Source of the DNA: a virus | Virus record (IMG/VR): IMGVR_UViG_3300034082_001419 | Coordinates: 57,495-121,494 of that record | Reading direction: 5' to 3' (one strand) | Length of the DNA: 64,000 nucleotides | Shown: in pieces, positions 21,225 through 32,064 of the stretch | Layout: the number at the start of each line of letters is the position of its first letter | Position numbering within the stretch: position 1 is the first letter of the stretch | The notes under the pieces: model-generated | Seen by the model: the letters and a program-made list of their open reading frames with translations, nothing else | The model's database searches: none | What the model was told of the DNA's origin: nothing | Position numbers and translations under genes: made by a program

Positions 21225-21582
21225 CTGCTTTTTCTTTTAAAAATTTATCCTTTACTTCTTTGTCTGCATCTAATAACTTTTTAGTTTTCTCTAATAATTC
21301 AACTTTACCTTCTATTCTTTTTTTATAATGGTAGTTATCCATTGTATCTGTATTCAACTTACTAAGTTTGCTTTTGTATTTATCAATTAAGCCATCAACT
21401 GTTTTAGGTTTAACTGCCATAACACCTAAGCCATCTATATTGATCTTAGTATAATTTAACTCAGATAAATTTTTTCTTACTTCTTTATAATAAAAAGTCA
21501 TAAAATTATCTACAAGTGCTTCTGATATATTCATCTCTTCAGCTACCTGTTTATATAATATGTTAGGTTTTTTTGGAATCAT
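21193..21582 (-). CDS. IHF/HU-like DNA-binding protein
   Basis: VAEEMNIS...INIDGLGVM pattern; crAss-like phages carry IHF-like genes next to the capsid module. Confidence 0.6.
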   Translation of the reverse strand: MIPKKPNILYKQVAEEMNISEALVDNFMTFYYKEVRKNLSELNYTKINIDGLGVMAVKPKTVDGLIDKYKSKLSKLNTDTMDNYHYKKRIEGKVELLEKTKKLLDADKEVKDKFLKEKADGKAGKDLEE

Positions 21583-21941
21583 CTACCTAAAAATTTATAG
21601 TCTAATAATATATCTCCTTCTGTTTGCACTTTTAAATTAGGATTTAATTTAATGATTTTTTTATCACTATCATCTTTTATCACTAACATATTTTTCATTG
21701 CTTTATTAACTGCATTTCTAACAGTCTGTGGAGATTTAAATATCATCTGCTCATCTGATGAAGCATCATAACAAAAATGAGTTAATTCTATTGGTCCTGT
21801 CATACTTAATAATGTTAAACAGTTTAAGTCAGATTCACTCACTACTATACGGTTAATATAGCAGTGAGATAGTATCTGAAATTTAACAATTTCCCATTTA
21901 GGCATTACAGCACGTTTCTGTACTTGATTTACTAATGCCAT
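21579..21941 (-). CDS. Putative winged-HTH protein
   Basis: SPQTVRNAVNK helix followed by a beta hairpin and LNP. Confidence 0.45.
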   Translation of the reverse strand: MALVNQVQKRAVMPKWEIVKFQILSHCYINRIVVSESDLNCLTLLSMTGPIELTHFCYDASSDEQMIFKSPQTVRNAVNKAMKNMLVIKDDSDKKIIKLNPNLKVQTEGDILLDYKFLGR

Positions 21942-21947
21942 AACTTA

Positions 21948-22199
21948 TTATTGTTTAACTGGTTCTTTATCTTCAGTAGGTTGCTCTTGTTGGTTTTGCT
22001 CCATCATTGCATACTGATACTGGATTGTAGTTCTTTTGAATCTTGCTTCATCTATTTCACACAATGTTTTTTCATATTCTGCTTGTGCTTTTAAATAAGG
22101 TAATGACTCAGTGTAGAATTTTAGCATCTGCTCTTTTTTCTCAGCTAATTCTTCTGCTGTTAACTCTACTTCTTGCTCTTGTTGGTTTACATTTTCCAT
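21948..22199 (-). CDS. Hypothetical coiled-coil protein (start reassigned to MENVNQ)
   Basis: Promoter-like TATATTTG at 22222-22229 lies inside the track's longer ORF. Confidence 0.6.
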   Translation of the reverse strand: MENVNQQEQEVELTAEELAEKKEQMLKFYTESLPYLKAQAEYEKTLCEIDEARFKRTTIQYQYAMMEQNQQEQPTEDKEPVKQ

Positions 22200-22260
22200 T
22201 TTATATAAATTTATGTTTACACAAATATACAAAATAAGTTTAAACTTTAATTATTTAAAC

Positions 22261-22290
22261 AAAAAAACTCAGACTTATAAGGCCTGAGTT
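22261..22290 (-). terminator. Intrinsic terminator
   Basis: aactcag/ctgagtt stem plus A-tract. Confidence 0.65.
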
Positions 22291-22311
22291 AAATCTATAT
22301 TATGGAAGGTG

Positions 22312-22470
22312 TTATCTATTTTTAATAGTAAAGTTTAGTATAGTTAACATATAAAATGTTCTGTCTATATCTACTTCAATTGAGAGTAGATCTATAGCAC
22401 CAAGTCTTAATCTTAAACAAATCTTATCCCATTGTTTATTCTTAGATTTCCAAGAGTTTCTGTATTTCAT
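22312..22470 (-). CDS. Small protein, 52 aa
   Basis: Read by hand: MKYRNSWKSKNKQWDKICLRLRLGAIDLLSIEVDIDRTFYMLTILNFTIKNR. Confidence 0.6.
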   Translation of the reverse strand: MKYRNSWKSKNKQWDKICLRLRLGAIDLLSIEVDIDRTFYMLTILNFTIKNR

Positions 22471-22473
22471 AAT

Positions 22474-22941
22474 TTATAATTTAATCTCAAAATGCATCCA
22501 ATCATAATCCTTTTCTACACCTAATGATATAAAACCATGCTTGTAAAATATATCAATCATTGGTTTATACTCAGGTCTTGCAAATCTAGCAGTACGTTTA
22601 GTTTCTTTAAGTGTGTTTCTTGCAGGATCTAAATCAATAGCAATACCCCAAGCATGCTTTGACCATGATGAACCACCTCTCATTTTACGGTAATTAAATA
22701 CTCCTCCGTATAAATCAATTCCAAGTTCTTTAATCTTAGCAAGACCGTAGTGAGCTAAAATATCTGTAAATACAGCTTTTAAATTAGGTGCAATAAGTTT
22801 ATGACATCTTACTTTAGAAGTTGTACTATCAGTATCCCATGCAATTCTTAATGGATATGGACATAGAACTGTTTCTAAATATCCAGCACCAGTTTCATTT
22901 GGTGTACCATATTTTTTTGTTGCTTGCTGTGTTGTTAACAT
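22474..22941 (-). CDS. Endolysin, M15-family peptidase
   Basis: R...[10 protein letters not shown]...DWMHFE Zn-peptidase motifs. Confidence 0.85.
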   Translation of the reverse strand: MLTTQQATKKYGTPNETGAGYLETVLCPYPLRIAWDTDSTTSKVRCHKLIAPNLKAVFTDILAHYGLAKIKELGIDLYGGVFNYRKMRGGSSWSKHAWGIAIDLDPARNTLKETKRTARFARPEYKPMIDIFYKHGFISLGVEKDYDWMHFEIKL

Positions 22942-22956
22942 ATTCTTATTTATTAA

Positions 22957-23448
22957 TTAAATAACTACTTCATAAAAGAAATTAGTTTTACACCAATCAT
23001 AAAGATCTTGAGGTGAAAACTTGTATGCTTTTTCTACTCCATATACCCAAGCTACATATTCAGAACAATACATTTTCTTTTCTGTATCTCCTTTTTCAAC
23101 CCATCTATGAGTTAATAACTCAATTGGTTGTCTTACAAGTAAACCTTCAAAGTCATATGCTGTAGTTCCTACTTTAGTAAGAGCACGTTGAGCAAATGTT
23201 TTCTCATTAACAAGATCACTAGATCTATGAACTGTTATTTCATAATCATATTTCTTTTGCCAATCATTCCAAGGTCTTACATTAACTCCATCATTCTGAG
23301 CATCTATTACATATGGTTGTCCCCATATCTCTATAAATAGTGCGGTATGACTAAATTTAGATCTTGTTGCCTTTTTAATTAATCTACTGATTAATCTTTT
23401 TCCACTACAGTGTAGTATGTCTCCTGTTTTTAATGCTGTTGGATTCAT
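22957..23448 (-). CDS. Permuted papain-like NlpC/P60 (YaeF/YiiX-type) enzyme
   Basis: GDIL, FSHTA, YD, YCSEYV, SPQDL. Confidence 0.8.
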   Translation of the reverse strand: MNPTALKTGDILHCSGKRLISRLIKKATRSKFSHTALFIEIWGQPYVIDAQNDGVNVRPWNDWQKKYDYEITVHRSSDLVNEKTFAQRALTKVGTTAYDFEGLLVRQPIELLTHRWVEKGDTEKKMYCSEYVAWVYGVEKAYKFSPQDLYDWCKTNFFYEVVI

Positions 23449-23762
23449 TATTTGTTTTGTTTAATTTGAAATGTTACAAGCTCACCTACAGTATCAGATA
23501 GTTTTCCTATTTGTGATGCCATATTCTTGATCTCTTGTTGAGTCACTTCTTGAATTAACTGATACTTTAGTCTATGTTCTTGTTCAAGTAATTCTAATTT
23601 ACCTTTTAATCTACCATGATCTTCTCTATGTGCGTGGAAGTCATCTTTAAGTTCTTCTAGACCTGTAGTAATATTATTGTAAGAAGTCTTTAAGAAAAAA
23701 CTTATTAAACCTATTACAGATCCTGCTACAAATAATATTATAGTTAATGTTGTTGAGTTCAT
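23448..23762 (-). CDS. Membrane protein (holin/spanin-like)
   Basis: N-terminal TM helix plus coiled coil; next to endolysin. Confidence 0.5.
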   Translation of the reverse strand: MNSTTLTIILFVAGSVIGLISFFLKTSYNNITTGLEELKDDFHAHREDHGRLKGKLELLEQEHRLKYQLIQEVTQQEIKNMASQIGKLSDTVGELVTFQIKQNK

Positions 23763-23839
23763 GTCTTATTGTTTTATAAATATATACATATAATATACAA
23801 AAATAAATAATAGTACCCTACTAATTCTTTAGTTAAATT

Positions 23840-24067
23840 CTATTTTTCAACTGTTAGTTGTGCCAACGTTGCAGTAACAGAACCCGCTAATAATAAATAT
23901 CCACTTAATGTAACTAATGCTGCAGGTAATGCAATAGGTGCAGCAACTATAACTCCACCAATAGCACCAGCTATCACACCTATTCTTTGTACTTTTTTCC
24001 AAAAGGTTGGTGTCTTACCACTCCATCTTGTTTTTAATTCTGTTGCTGTTGTTTTTATCTTTTTCAT
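23840..24067 (-). CDS. Putative holin
   Basis: RWxxxTPxFWKKV plus two hydrophobic segments. Confidence 0.55.
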   Translation of the reverse strand: MKKIKTTATELKTRWSGKTPTFWKKVQRIGVIAGAIGGVIVAAPIALPAALVTLSGYLLLAGSVTATLAQLTVEK

Positions 24068-24306
24068 AATTCAAATTGATTTCTTATTTCTATTGGTACA
24101 TTATCCATTTGTTGAAACTCAGCAAATAACAATGGTGTCATTTCAGTAATAAAAGCTGGCGTTTCTGTATTTGCTACAACTTCATTTTCAAAAGTTCTAT
24201 ATGTTGCTATATAGTTTTCTATTAATGGACTTGAAGGCTTTAAACAAACATTTGCTTCTAAGTCATCTTCTATAATCATTGATGATACTAGTATAAATTT
24301 TTCCAT
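24064..24306 (-). CDS. Small acidic protein (possible fibre chaperone)
   Basis: ORF following a fibre-like gene. Confidence 0.5.
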   Translation of the reverse strand: MEKFILVSSMIIEDDLEANVCLKPSSPLIENYIATYRTFENEVVANTETPAFITEMTPLLFAEFQQMDNVPIEIRNQFEL

Positions 24307-24309
24307 ATC

Positions 24310-25092
24310 TTATAATTGTGAGAATACTCCTAATTTCATTAAATCAAATTGACCTGTGTTAGTTACTGAAGTTACTGACATACATCTACTTGCAAAAAAG
24401 TTTAAACCTTGTGTTGTAGATGGTTTATTTAATGTAGTAACTACACCCTCTGCAATTGCTCCTGTTTCTTTATTTACAACTCTATAATTTACATTTGTTG
24501 ACATAGGTTCATTATATAATGTTATACTATATACAGTTGTTGAAATTGCTCCAGCCGTTCTATTTGCGGGAAAATCACTACCCAAATCAACCTTAGTTGC
24601 TACACCATAAGAACCTAAAGCGTCTTGACTAAATACTTGTAAATTTGCATCTCCAACCTCACTACCAACACCTATTATATTATTCAAGGTGCTTACTAAA
24701 ATATTTGATGCAGTACCATAAGCTAAATCCCCAGTTTGTCCAGCTAACCCATAAAATTGTTGACACCCAGCAGAAAATGCAGTATCTGAAATATTGAAAT
24801 CACATACAAATTTGAATCCTCCATGAATGTACCATAGTAATGCAGAACCACGTGTTCCTGTGTACCTTCCACCAGATACAGTTGACGCATAATATCTAAG
24901 TCTTATTTGTTTTGTTGCAAAATTAGTAGATGCAACAGATTGTGCTAATGTAGAAGCACTTGAAGACATAACAATACCACCGTCTGCCACAACAGTTGTA
25001 CTATTATTATTAATTGTTATACCTCTATATACTTCTGAAGGTTTTAAATACATTATATCTAAAACGTCTTCACTCCAATATGTACCTGCCAT
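24310..25092 (-). CDS. Beta-rich virion/receptor-binding-like protein
   Basis: Ser/Thr/Gly-rich; located in the fibre region. Confidence 0.5.
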   Translation of the reverse strand: MAGTYWSEDVLDIMYLKPSEVYRGITINNNSTTVVADGGIVMSSSASTLAQSVASTNFATKQIRLRYYASTVSGGRYTGTRGSALLWYIHGGFKFVCDFNISDTAFSAGCQQFYGLAGQTGDLAYGTASNILVSTLNNIIGVGSEVGDANLQVFSQDALGSYGVATKVDLGSDFPANRTAGAISTTVYSITLYNEPMSTNVNYRVVNKETGAIAEGVVTTLNKPSTTQGLNFFASRCMSVTSVTNTGQFDLMKLGVFSQL

Positions 25093-25102
25093 CTTATTAT
25101 TA

Positions 25103-25447
25103 TTACAAAATTATTTCAATATCATTAACTGTAATCCCAAATGTACCAGCCATTTGTATTCTAAATCCTAAATAGTAAAGATAAGTTGTTGAATCAGTAT
25201 ATGATAAACCTGTTGGAACTTGATCCTTTACCGCTTCATATAAAGCATTTGTTTCTTCAGCCGTTACTGGATACATATTGTTAGCGATAACTTGACCGCT
25301 TTCACTTGCGTACTCAAACATATACTGAGAATTAAATCCAAATCTTAATCCTTGTTGACATCCTTGTAAAATTCCCGTTACTAGTCCACTTTCTTGTCCC
25401 GTAATTCCGTTGTTATAAGTTACTGGTACTAATGTTTTAATTTTCAT
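25103..25447 (-). CDS. Hypothetical protein (possible fibre chaperone)
   Basis: ORF between fibre genes. Confidence 0.5.
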   Translation of the reverse strand: MKIKTLVPVTYNNGITGQESGLVTGILQGCQQGLRFGFNSQYMFEYASESGQVIANNMYPVTAEETNALYEAVKDQVPTGLSYTDSTTYLYYLGFRIQMAGTFGITVNDIEIIL

Positions 25448-25465
25448 ATTTATTTTTTTTTAAAA

Positions 25466-27082
25466 TTATGCTAAAATTACTTCTGTGCTATCTATTCTAC
25501 AACTCCATTTGATAGTTGTTGTTAATTTAGCTCCTGATTTAACTGATAAACCACCTAATGTTGTATTAGCTGTTAGTGTTGGTATAGTGCCTAATGTAAT
25601 TGTATCTAAAACTAAATTCATGTTACTTAATGGTAAAATTGTACTCGATGCTGTTGTACCCCTTACTACTACACAATCAAAGTCATAACAAGTTACATTT
25701 GTAGATGCTGTTTGTTTTCCTATTATAGAACCTCTAACTCTTATGGCTTCATTATTTTGCAATGTTAAACAAATAGCTGTACCACCTTGCGTGGATAGTT
25801 CAACAGCTGTATTAGTTGTACTTGTTTTTCCAGTAGATGAAATTGAGCATTGAGTTTCCCCCTTAAGATAGGGGCCCGCAGTATCTTGAGAAGCGACTGA
25901 TATTCTTGAAGCAACTCCTTTTGTCGAACATTGATAACCAGTAGCTAAACTTCCAGTAGCATCAGCAGTATTGAAAACACCAAAGGCTACTGAACCTAAT
26001 GCAGTAGCTGAAGTTAACTCACCAATTGACCCTCCAAATGCAAATGAACAAGTCCCTGAAGCTGTTGCATTTCCACCTCCAGCTAATGAATTTAGTCCTG
26101 AAGCAGACCCACCGTTTAAAGCTATTGCATTTGTGTTACTAGCAGAGCCTTTATTAAGCACAAATGAGTCTGTACCAGAACTAGCATATCCACTTCCTGT
26201 TCCAATTGAAATTGAACCACTATTAGTTGCTGAAAGAACTCTACCAATTGCTATTGAATTAGAACCTTTAGCTTCAACTTGTGTTCCAATTGCAACTGAA
26301 TTAACACCTTGAGCTCCAGCATAGTAATTCATAGAGCCACTCATTAATTCAATAGCTCCTGTTCCTCTTTTACCACCATTTGTTATACTACCATCAGGTA
26401 TATGCCCAACAATAAAAGCTCCAGTACCCTTTGGTAATATTGCAAAATCACCATTAGTTGTTCCTGTTACCGCTGTTAAACTATCAACAGGTACGGTTGC
26501 GTTCGGTGATGTTGTGTTTTGCGCTTCAGTGAAGTACGTTAAACCACCTGATGCTGTAGTCCATTGCGTTGTTCCAGAGCCTAAATAACCCAAAACTTGA
26601 CCTGTTGTTGGTGCAACTGTTGGTAAGGTATAAGCATTATTAATTACTACATTCCCATCAACATTAATACCAAATTTTTCAGTAGTAGTGTTGGTATCTA
26701 CAATTTTAAATATTCTTGAAGTGGGAAATGGGGTAAGGCTTCCACTATTTACATTTATATTGAAACCTGTTGTGTCACCTAAAACTGGATCTACATTGTG
26801 TATTTCTCTCCTTACATTATCAAAAGTTAAAATTTTTGAGTCACCGCTAACTGTTCTGTCTGCTGTTAAAGTGCCATTTGCATTATAAATATTTACACCT
26901 GAACCACCAGCTCCAAATATTTCAATTATAGCTCCTGTTGAGTCTTTATAATGAACTAATTTATCTGTTAAATCAAAGAAATATGTACTATTTGATACAG
27001 AAGCCCAATCTGATGAACTTGCTGTAGTTACTGTATATTTAGTACCTACTACGGGATTACCCGAAACTGTTACTACCGCCAT
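25466..27082 (-). CDS. Tail fibre/adhesin with YadA-head-like repeats
   Basis: SVAIG / SIAIG / SFAFG ~14-aa repeats. Confidence 0.7.
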   Translation of the reverse strand: MAVVTVSGNPVVGTKYTVTTASSSDWASVSNSTYFFDLTDKLVHYKDSTGAIIEIFGAGGSGVNIYNANGTLTADRTVSGDSKILTFDNVRREIHNVDPVLGDTTGFNINVNSGSLTPFPTSRIFKIVDTNTTTEKFGINVDGNVVINNAYTLPTVAPTTGQVLGYLGSGTTQWTTASGGLTYFTEAQNTTSPNATVPVDSLTAVTGTTNGDFAILPKGTGAFIVGHIPDGSITNGGKRGTGAIELMSGSMNYYAGAQGVNSVAIGTQVEAKGSNSIAIGRVLSATNSGSISIGTGSGYASSGTDSFVLNKGSASNTNAIALNGGSASGLNSLAGGGNATASGTCSFAFGGSIGELTSATALGSVAFGVFNTADATGSLATGYQCSTKGVASRISVASQDTAGPYLKGETQCSISSTGKTSTTNTAVELSTQGGTAICLTLQNNEAIRVRGSIIGKQTASTNVTCYDFDCVVVRGTTASSTILPLSNMNLVLDTITLGTIPTLTANTTLGGLSVKSGAKLTTTIKWSCRIDSTEVILA

Positions 27083-27094
27083 AATTATTTATAT

Positions 27095-27268
27095 TTACTT
27101 AGATTCAATCATATTTACACAAGCTACCAATTGAGCTTGTTCCTCTACTGTAAAGTCTTCCCAAACTAAGACTTTCACGTTATTACCGTTTAAATCTTGG
27201 GTGATTATTCTCATGTTTTCAGTCATCTTTAACTGAGCTATTATCTGTCCTATTTCTACTGTTTCCAT
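27095..27268 (-). CDS. Small acidic protein, 57 aa
   Basis: Read by hand: METVEIGQIIAQLKMTENMRIITQDLNGNNVKVLVWEDFTVEEQAQLVACVNMIESK. Confidence 0.6.
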   Translation of the reverse strand: METVEIGQIIAQLKMTENMRIITQDLNGNNVKVLVWEDFTVEEQAQLVACVNMIESK

Positions 27269-27288
27269 ATTTTTATTTATTAATTATT

Positions 27289-28575
27289 TTATTGTAAAAT
27301 TACATTTCCTTGTGCATCTGCTGTATTTGTTTGACCGTTTGTTACATTTACATTTTTAAAGTTTGTTGAGCCTTTTATTGAATTATTAGCTAAATACATT
27401 GTTAAAGCACCACTACTAAAAAAAGCTGTCGCTGAAGCGTTAGCTAATTGAATAACTGAATTATTAACATAACAAGCTGACCCAGTAAAACCATAACCTC
27501 CAGCATTATTGTAATTACAAATAACATTACAATTATTGACAATAGTACTACTCCCAGCGGAATCAAAAACAGCTGAAGCATTTGCTGTTATTGTACAATT
27601 ATTAAAAAGTCCACCGCCTAAATAAGTGTTGATAGCTGTTGTTGAAGCAATCAATGTACAATTATTAAATTTTCCATTTCCCGCTACATTATTGGCTGAA
27701 GATTTTATCCAACAATTATTAAATGTTATTCCATTACCATTTACAGCTCTCGAAGTAACTGATACAATTGTACAATTATTTACCTCCATTGCACCTGTAG
27801 ATACAACAGCACTTCCACCGTTAGAATATATATAACAATTATTAACTGTTCCACAATCATTTACAGGAACATTTCCAGCTGCACTTGTTTTAATTATTGA
27901 ATTTGATAATGTCCCAGTAGTAATAGAACCACCAAGTGATTCAACATAGACATTGTCAATAACAGCATTAGGAGAGAAAAAATTAACTGACGATATAGGG
28001 TTATAGCCATTACCAGTAAATCCATAAATTTTTGCAACACTTCTTCCTAATACACCATAAGATGTTGCATTATTACTGTTAAATGTAGCATTACCACCTA
28101 TGATAGAACCGTTAGCATTAATGTATAAACCACTAAAACTAGCAGTAGCTTGATTAACAACTATATTGTTTATTTGACAAATAGTAGGTGAAGAAGTTGC
28201 TACAAAACCGTCAACTACTGAAAATGACACAGAATGTCCGTTACCATTGATATTAACACCATTTTTTAGAGTGTAACTAACAGCACTTTCAGTAATATCA
28301 GCAAATAATTCAATAACTTGACCACTTGTTGCTGCGGCAACCGCCAAAGCCCACGTTGCATAATATGTATAAACCCCACTAGAATTAGATATTCCCCATA
28401 TACCACCCGATGCAACAACACCATAGGCAACTTGTTGCCAACTTGTAGTGTATTGGTAAGTGTTTCCATTTGAAGTATCTGTATATCTGTCACCAGCAAC
28501 CGCTGAATGTGTAGGCGCACCTGTTCCAGTTGTTATCTGTAAAGATTGGTCTGTTTTTATATATGTTACTCCCAT
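27289..28575 (-). CDS. Beta-helix tailspike-like protein
   Basis: Repeated (V/F)NNCxI Asn/Cys-ladder motifs. Confidence 0.7.
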   Translation of the reverse strand: MGVTYIKTDQSLQITTGTGAPTHSAVAGDRYTDTSNGNTYQYTTSWQQVAYGVVASGGIWGISNSSGVYTYYATWALAVAAATSGQVIELFADITESAVSYTLKNGVNINGNGHSVSFSVVDGFVATSSPTICQINNIVVNQATASFSGLYINANGSIIGGNATFNSNNATSYGVLGRSVAKIYGFTGNGYNPISSVNFFSPNAVIDNVYVESLGGSITTGTLSNSIIKTSAAGNVPVNDCGTVNNCYIYSNGGSAVVSTGAMEVNNCTIVSVTSRAVNGNGITFNNCWIKSSANNVAGNGKFNNCTLIASTTAINTYLGGGLFNNCTITANASAVFDSAGSSTIVNNCNVICNYNNAGGYGFTGSACYVNNSVIQLANASATAFFSSGALTMYLANNSIKGSTNFKNVNVTNGQTNTADAQGNVILQ

Positions 28576-28577
28576 TT

Positions 28578-28901
28578 TTAATTATTTAATAGTTCTAAAC
28601 ATATAGCCAATACTTTATCAACTATTAATTTGTCATTTTCATCTAATTCATCTACTAGAATACACTTTGTTTCTCCCTCTAAAGGTTGAGCATCTAGTCT
28701 ATTTAAATCAGTTGTGTAAACTGAATAATCCAAAGTATCAACTTGAGTTAATAGAAAATCCCTCAAATCTAAAAATGCTTGTTTTTGAGTTTCATTTAGA
28801 TCATTAACAAATCTAATATCTGTTTGCTCACTCTCATCAGATGGCACTATCATTAGTGCCGTATCTGATTGCCTATATACTATTTGTTTGTATGTTTTCA
28901 T
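28578..28901 (-). CDS. Acidic protein with internal duplication (possible chaperone)
   Basis: VNDLNETQKQ / VDELDENDKL internal repeat. Confidence 0.5.
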   Translation of the reverse strand: MKTYKQIVYRQSDTALMIVPSDESEQTDIRFVNDLNETQKQAFLDLRDFLLTQVDTLDYSVYTTDLNRLDAQPLEGETKCILVDELDENDKLIVDKVLAICLELLNN

Positions 28902-28903
28902 AG

Positions 28904-31900
28904 TTAAAAATTATAATCTATACTTAATAATTCACTTCCTCCCCCTAAAACTGTTGGAATAAATCCGCCACCACCTGAAAATGTACCTATAGAACTGATA
29001 TTAGTGGTAGATGTAAAGGTAGGTGTTACCCCTGTATTTGCAACGAAAACTAATTGATTTCCAGAAAATGATCCTACACATTGATATATTAATATAGACG
29101 CCTGTATTTGAGTTACAATTTCAGAAGTTATTGTTGAAGTTGTTTTACCAGCACCAATAACAGAAATAGTTACTGTATTTGTACCGTCAAATATAGTTAC
29201 AGATGTATCTATATTCGCACTGGTTACTACCATTCTATTCATTATACCTGTGCCACTTGTGGAGTTTGCATTTATTTTTCCATTAGACATTGCATACCCT
29301 AATGTTATATTTTTAGAGGGTGTTGTATTTACAGGATATGTGACAAAAAGATTTGTAGGAGAATAAAGCCTACCATTATTTACAAAAACTCCCAAAGATT
29401 TACTTATCAATGGTGCAAATTCATTAATTCCTTTATTGTAGTAAATAGTTCCGTTATTTATTAATGTACCATTATTGTTTACAATTAGTGATGCACCAAC
29501 TGCCGTTAAATTTCCTGTTGTAATATAACCATTATTTGTAAATTTTCCTGCCCCAGTATAAGTTAAGCCACCTAAAAGAATGATACCACTATTAATAAAT
29601 TCACCGCCAGCTATTACTACAGTCATAAGTCTTGTTCCATGTGGCCCAGCTTGATTTCCATTATATTTAATAGACCCAGAATTTACGGTAACAGTGCCAT
29701 TAATACTTCCGTTTATATTATTTCCAAGACTATTTGACAATCCACTAACAACCACATTCCCAATAATAGCCCCATTAACAATTGATGGAGAACTACTTAA
29801 CGTAACAGTATTTACTGTTAATGAACCATAAATATTTACTGATCTAACACCATCTCCAGAGTCTATTATTGCAGTTGTTCCTGTAATATTTGCGTATATA
29901 TTTACAGGCCCAATTAGATTATAACTACCCAAAATAGTACCATTAATATTTCCTGATGCACCGCCTGTTATAGCCAACACACTAGAAGGTGTTACAATTT
30001 TTGTTGTTACGTCCGAATATCCTGCGTTATATCTTAATCCCCCTAATAATCCATAAGCATTTCCATTCCAAGTGAAATTATTAGTTACATTTATGTATGA
30101 TATAGAACCAAATCGACAATCAAACATATCACATACTATAGATAAATTTGTAAATGATAAGGTAAATGAACCAGTTCCCAAATTAACGGTAGTACAAATA
30201 GAATAATAATTGCCTAAATCCATAAAACCATCAATACCAGAAAAAGCATTTGGATTTATTAAAACACTATTTGCGTGTGTGCCATAGGTATTGCCTAAAT
30301 TTAAATAAAATGGAATTAATATATTACTTGTAAAAGTGAATAAGGATTGGTTACCGTATGATATTGTACCACCTAATTTTTTACTGTTAATATAAAAACC
30401 ATGTTTGTAATAATTTCCAGTTGCAACAAAACTACCGCTTAATACAACTTCATAAACAGTCCACCAAGTAGCCGTAATAGTAGCACTTGCCGTACACGCT
30501 TTACTTAATACAATTGTATTAGAAGTTTTACTAACTACAATTGAACCATAGGGTATTCCAGCACCTGTAATATATTGACCTACTTTAATATTTGTAGTAT
30601 CTGAAACAGCCGTTAATGTTGCACTTGTACTCGTTGTTGTTGCTGTTACCGTTCCTGTATTAGTTATATTTCCTAAGGCATATTCTGGCGTTAAATAAGG
30701 AGTGTTTATATCACCTCTACCTGTTGTTGCATTAATTCCGTTAACAGAATCTATATATATTGTATTTGCTTGTGGAATTGCTGACCCTCCATCTACCCAA
30801 CTAACAACCCCAGCACCATTTGTTTTTAAAATTTGATTTGCTGTACCATCAACTATTGGAAATGTATATGCATTATTTATTGTAAGACCACTAGAAGAAA
30901 TATTAACTCCAAAAAGAGAAGAAATATTATCACTTATTTGTAATGTTATACTTGCTGGTGTTTGTTGAATATTAGTATTACCTGATGTATCACCAACATT
31001 TAACATATTTTGTGTTAATGTTTGTTCTATCAATGAAGAAGAACCAGTACCATTTGTTTGATAAAAACGTATAATATTTCCTGATCCGTTGAATCTTAAA
31101 TTATTAGTTCCAAGTGATACTATTCTGTTTGCTGTTAAAGTACCGTCTGTATTGTAAATATTTACAGAAGAAGGTGTAGGTATATTTAATGTATTTGATA
31201 TTAATGTTGCTGCACCTGATGTTCCTATAGTAGTAAGAGTAATTGCATTTTGTTTTGCATTAAATATTGCAAAGTCAGAAGAAGATAAATAACCATTTGT
31301 TGATCCTGATGCTTGAGTAATACTTATTGCTGGAGTTGTTCCTCCAGATGATTGTATTGGTGCGGTACCAGTAACATTAGTTACAGCATTATTAGGAACT
31401 ACTTGATTTAATGTTGTTAACCCAACTGAATAATGTTGAGATCCCTCTGTTCTAAATGTAGCTGTTTGAGATACACCTGTAATATTCTCCATTGAGATTT
31501 TTACTACTATTCTATCTGATGTAAGTACTGTAGATGCAGGGATTACAGCATCACAAATATACATTGTAGTTACTGTTGGCATATTAGTTACAACAACTGG
31601 ATCTAATGTAAGTAGTAATGTTTCAATACCACCTAAATCTCTTTTATATACCGTAGGCCTAATTATCCAATTCTGACCTGTTGTTCCTGCATTAAAGTGT
31701 AAAAAGAATTGCCATAAACCTGTTGGAATTTGAGTTGTATTTGGAACTCCAATGGGTGTTTGAAATTCAGCAACTATTGTTGTAGCTCCACCGGCTATTG
31801 TAAAAGGAACAGTTTGTTCTGCTATACTTGTTGCAACTGATGAAAATTCTTTATAAGGTGTCTGTGTTACAGACTGATTTAAATAATATGTTGTAGTACC

Positions 31901-32053
31901 AGATCCACCAGGAATAGTAATAGTTGTATTACCGCCTGCATCTGATGATGAAACACCAGCACCTACAAAATCAATACTTAAAGCATCTGTAGTTATATTT
32001 ACACCTTCTTCAAGTATTGCAAGTTTTTTCTTTATATTAATTTCTGTACTCAT
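28904..32053 (-). CDS. Large tail fibre/tailspike protein
   Basis: 1049 aa, T/S/G/N-rich; IYIDSVNG motif followed by a beta-helix-like region. Confidence 0.7.
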   Translation of the reverse strand: MSTEINIKKKLAILEEGVNITTDALSIDFVGAGVSSSDAGGNTTITIPGGSGTTTYYLNQSVTQTPYKEFSSVATSIAEQTVPFTIAGGATTIVAEFQTPIGVPNTTQIPTGLWQFFLHFNAGTTGQNWIIRPTVYKRDLGGIETLLLTLDPVVVTNMPTVTTMYICDAVIPASTVLTSDRIVVKISMENITGVSQTATFRTEGSQHYSVGLTTLNQVVPNNAVTNVTGTAPIQSSGGTTPAISITQASGSTNGYLSSSDFAIFNAKQNAITLTTIGTSGAATLISNTLNIPTPSSVNIYNTDGTLTANRIVSLGTNNLRFNGSGNIIRFYQTNGTGSSSLIEQTLTQNMLNVGDTSGNTNIQQTPASITLQISDNISSLFGVNISSSGLTINNAYTFPIVDGTANQILKTNGAGVVSWVDGGSAIPQANTIYIDSVNGINATTGRGDINTPYLTPEYALGNITNTGTVTATTTSTSATLTAVSDTTNIKVGQYITGAGIPYGSIVVSKTSNTIVLSKACTASATITATWWTVYEVVLSGSFVATGNYYKHGFYINSKKLGGTISYGNQSLFTFTSNILIPFYLNLGNTYGTHANSVLINPNAFSGIDGFMDLGNYYSICTTVNLGTGSFTLSFTNLSIVCDMFDCRFGSISYINVTNNFTWNGNAYGLLGGLRYNAGYSDVTTKIVTPSSVLAITGGASGNINGTILGSYNLIGPVNIYANITGTTAIIDSGDGVRSVNIYGSLTVNTVTLSSSPSIVNGAIIGNVVVSGLSNSLGNNINGSINGTVTVNSGSIKYNGNQAGPHGTRLMTVVIAGGEFINSGIILLGGLTYTGAGKFTNNGYITTGNLTAVGASLIVNNNGTLINNGTIYYNKGINEFAPLISKSLGVFVNNGRLYSPTNLFVTYPVNTTPSKNITLGYAMSNGKINANSTSGTGIMNRMVVTSANIDTSVTIFDGTNTVTISVIGAGKTTSTITSEIVTQIQASILIYQCVGSFSGNQLVFVANTGVTPTFTSTTNISSIGTFSGGGGFIPTVLGGGSELLSIDYNF

Positions 32054-32064
32054 TTTTTATCTTT

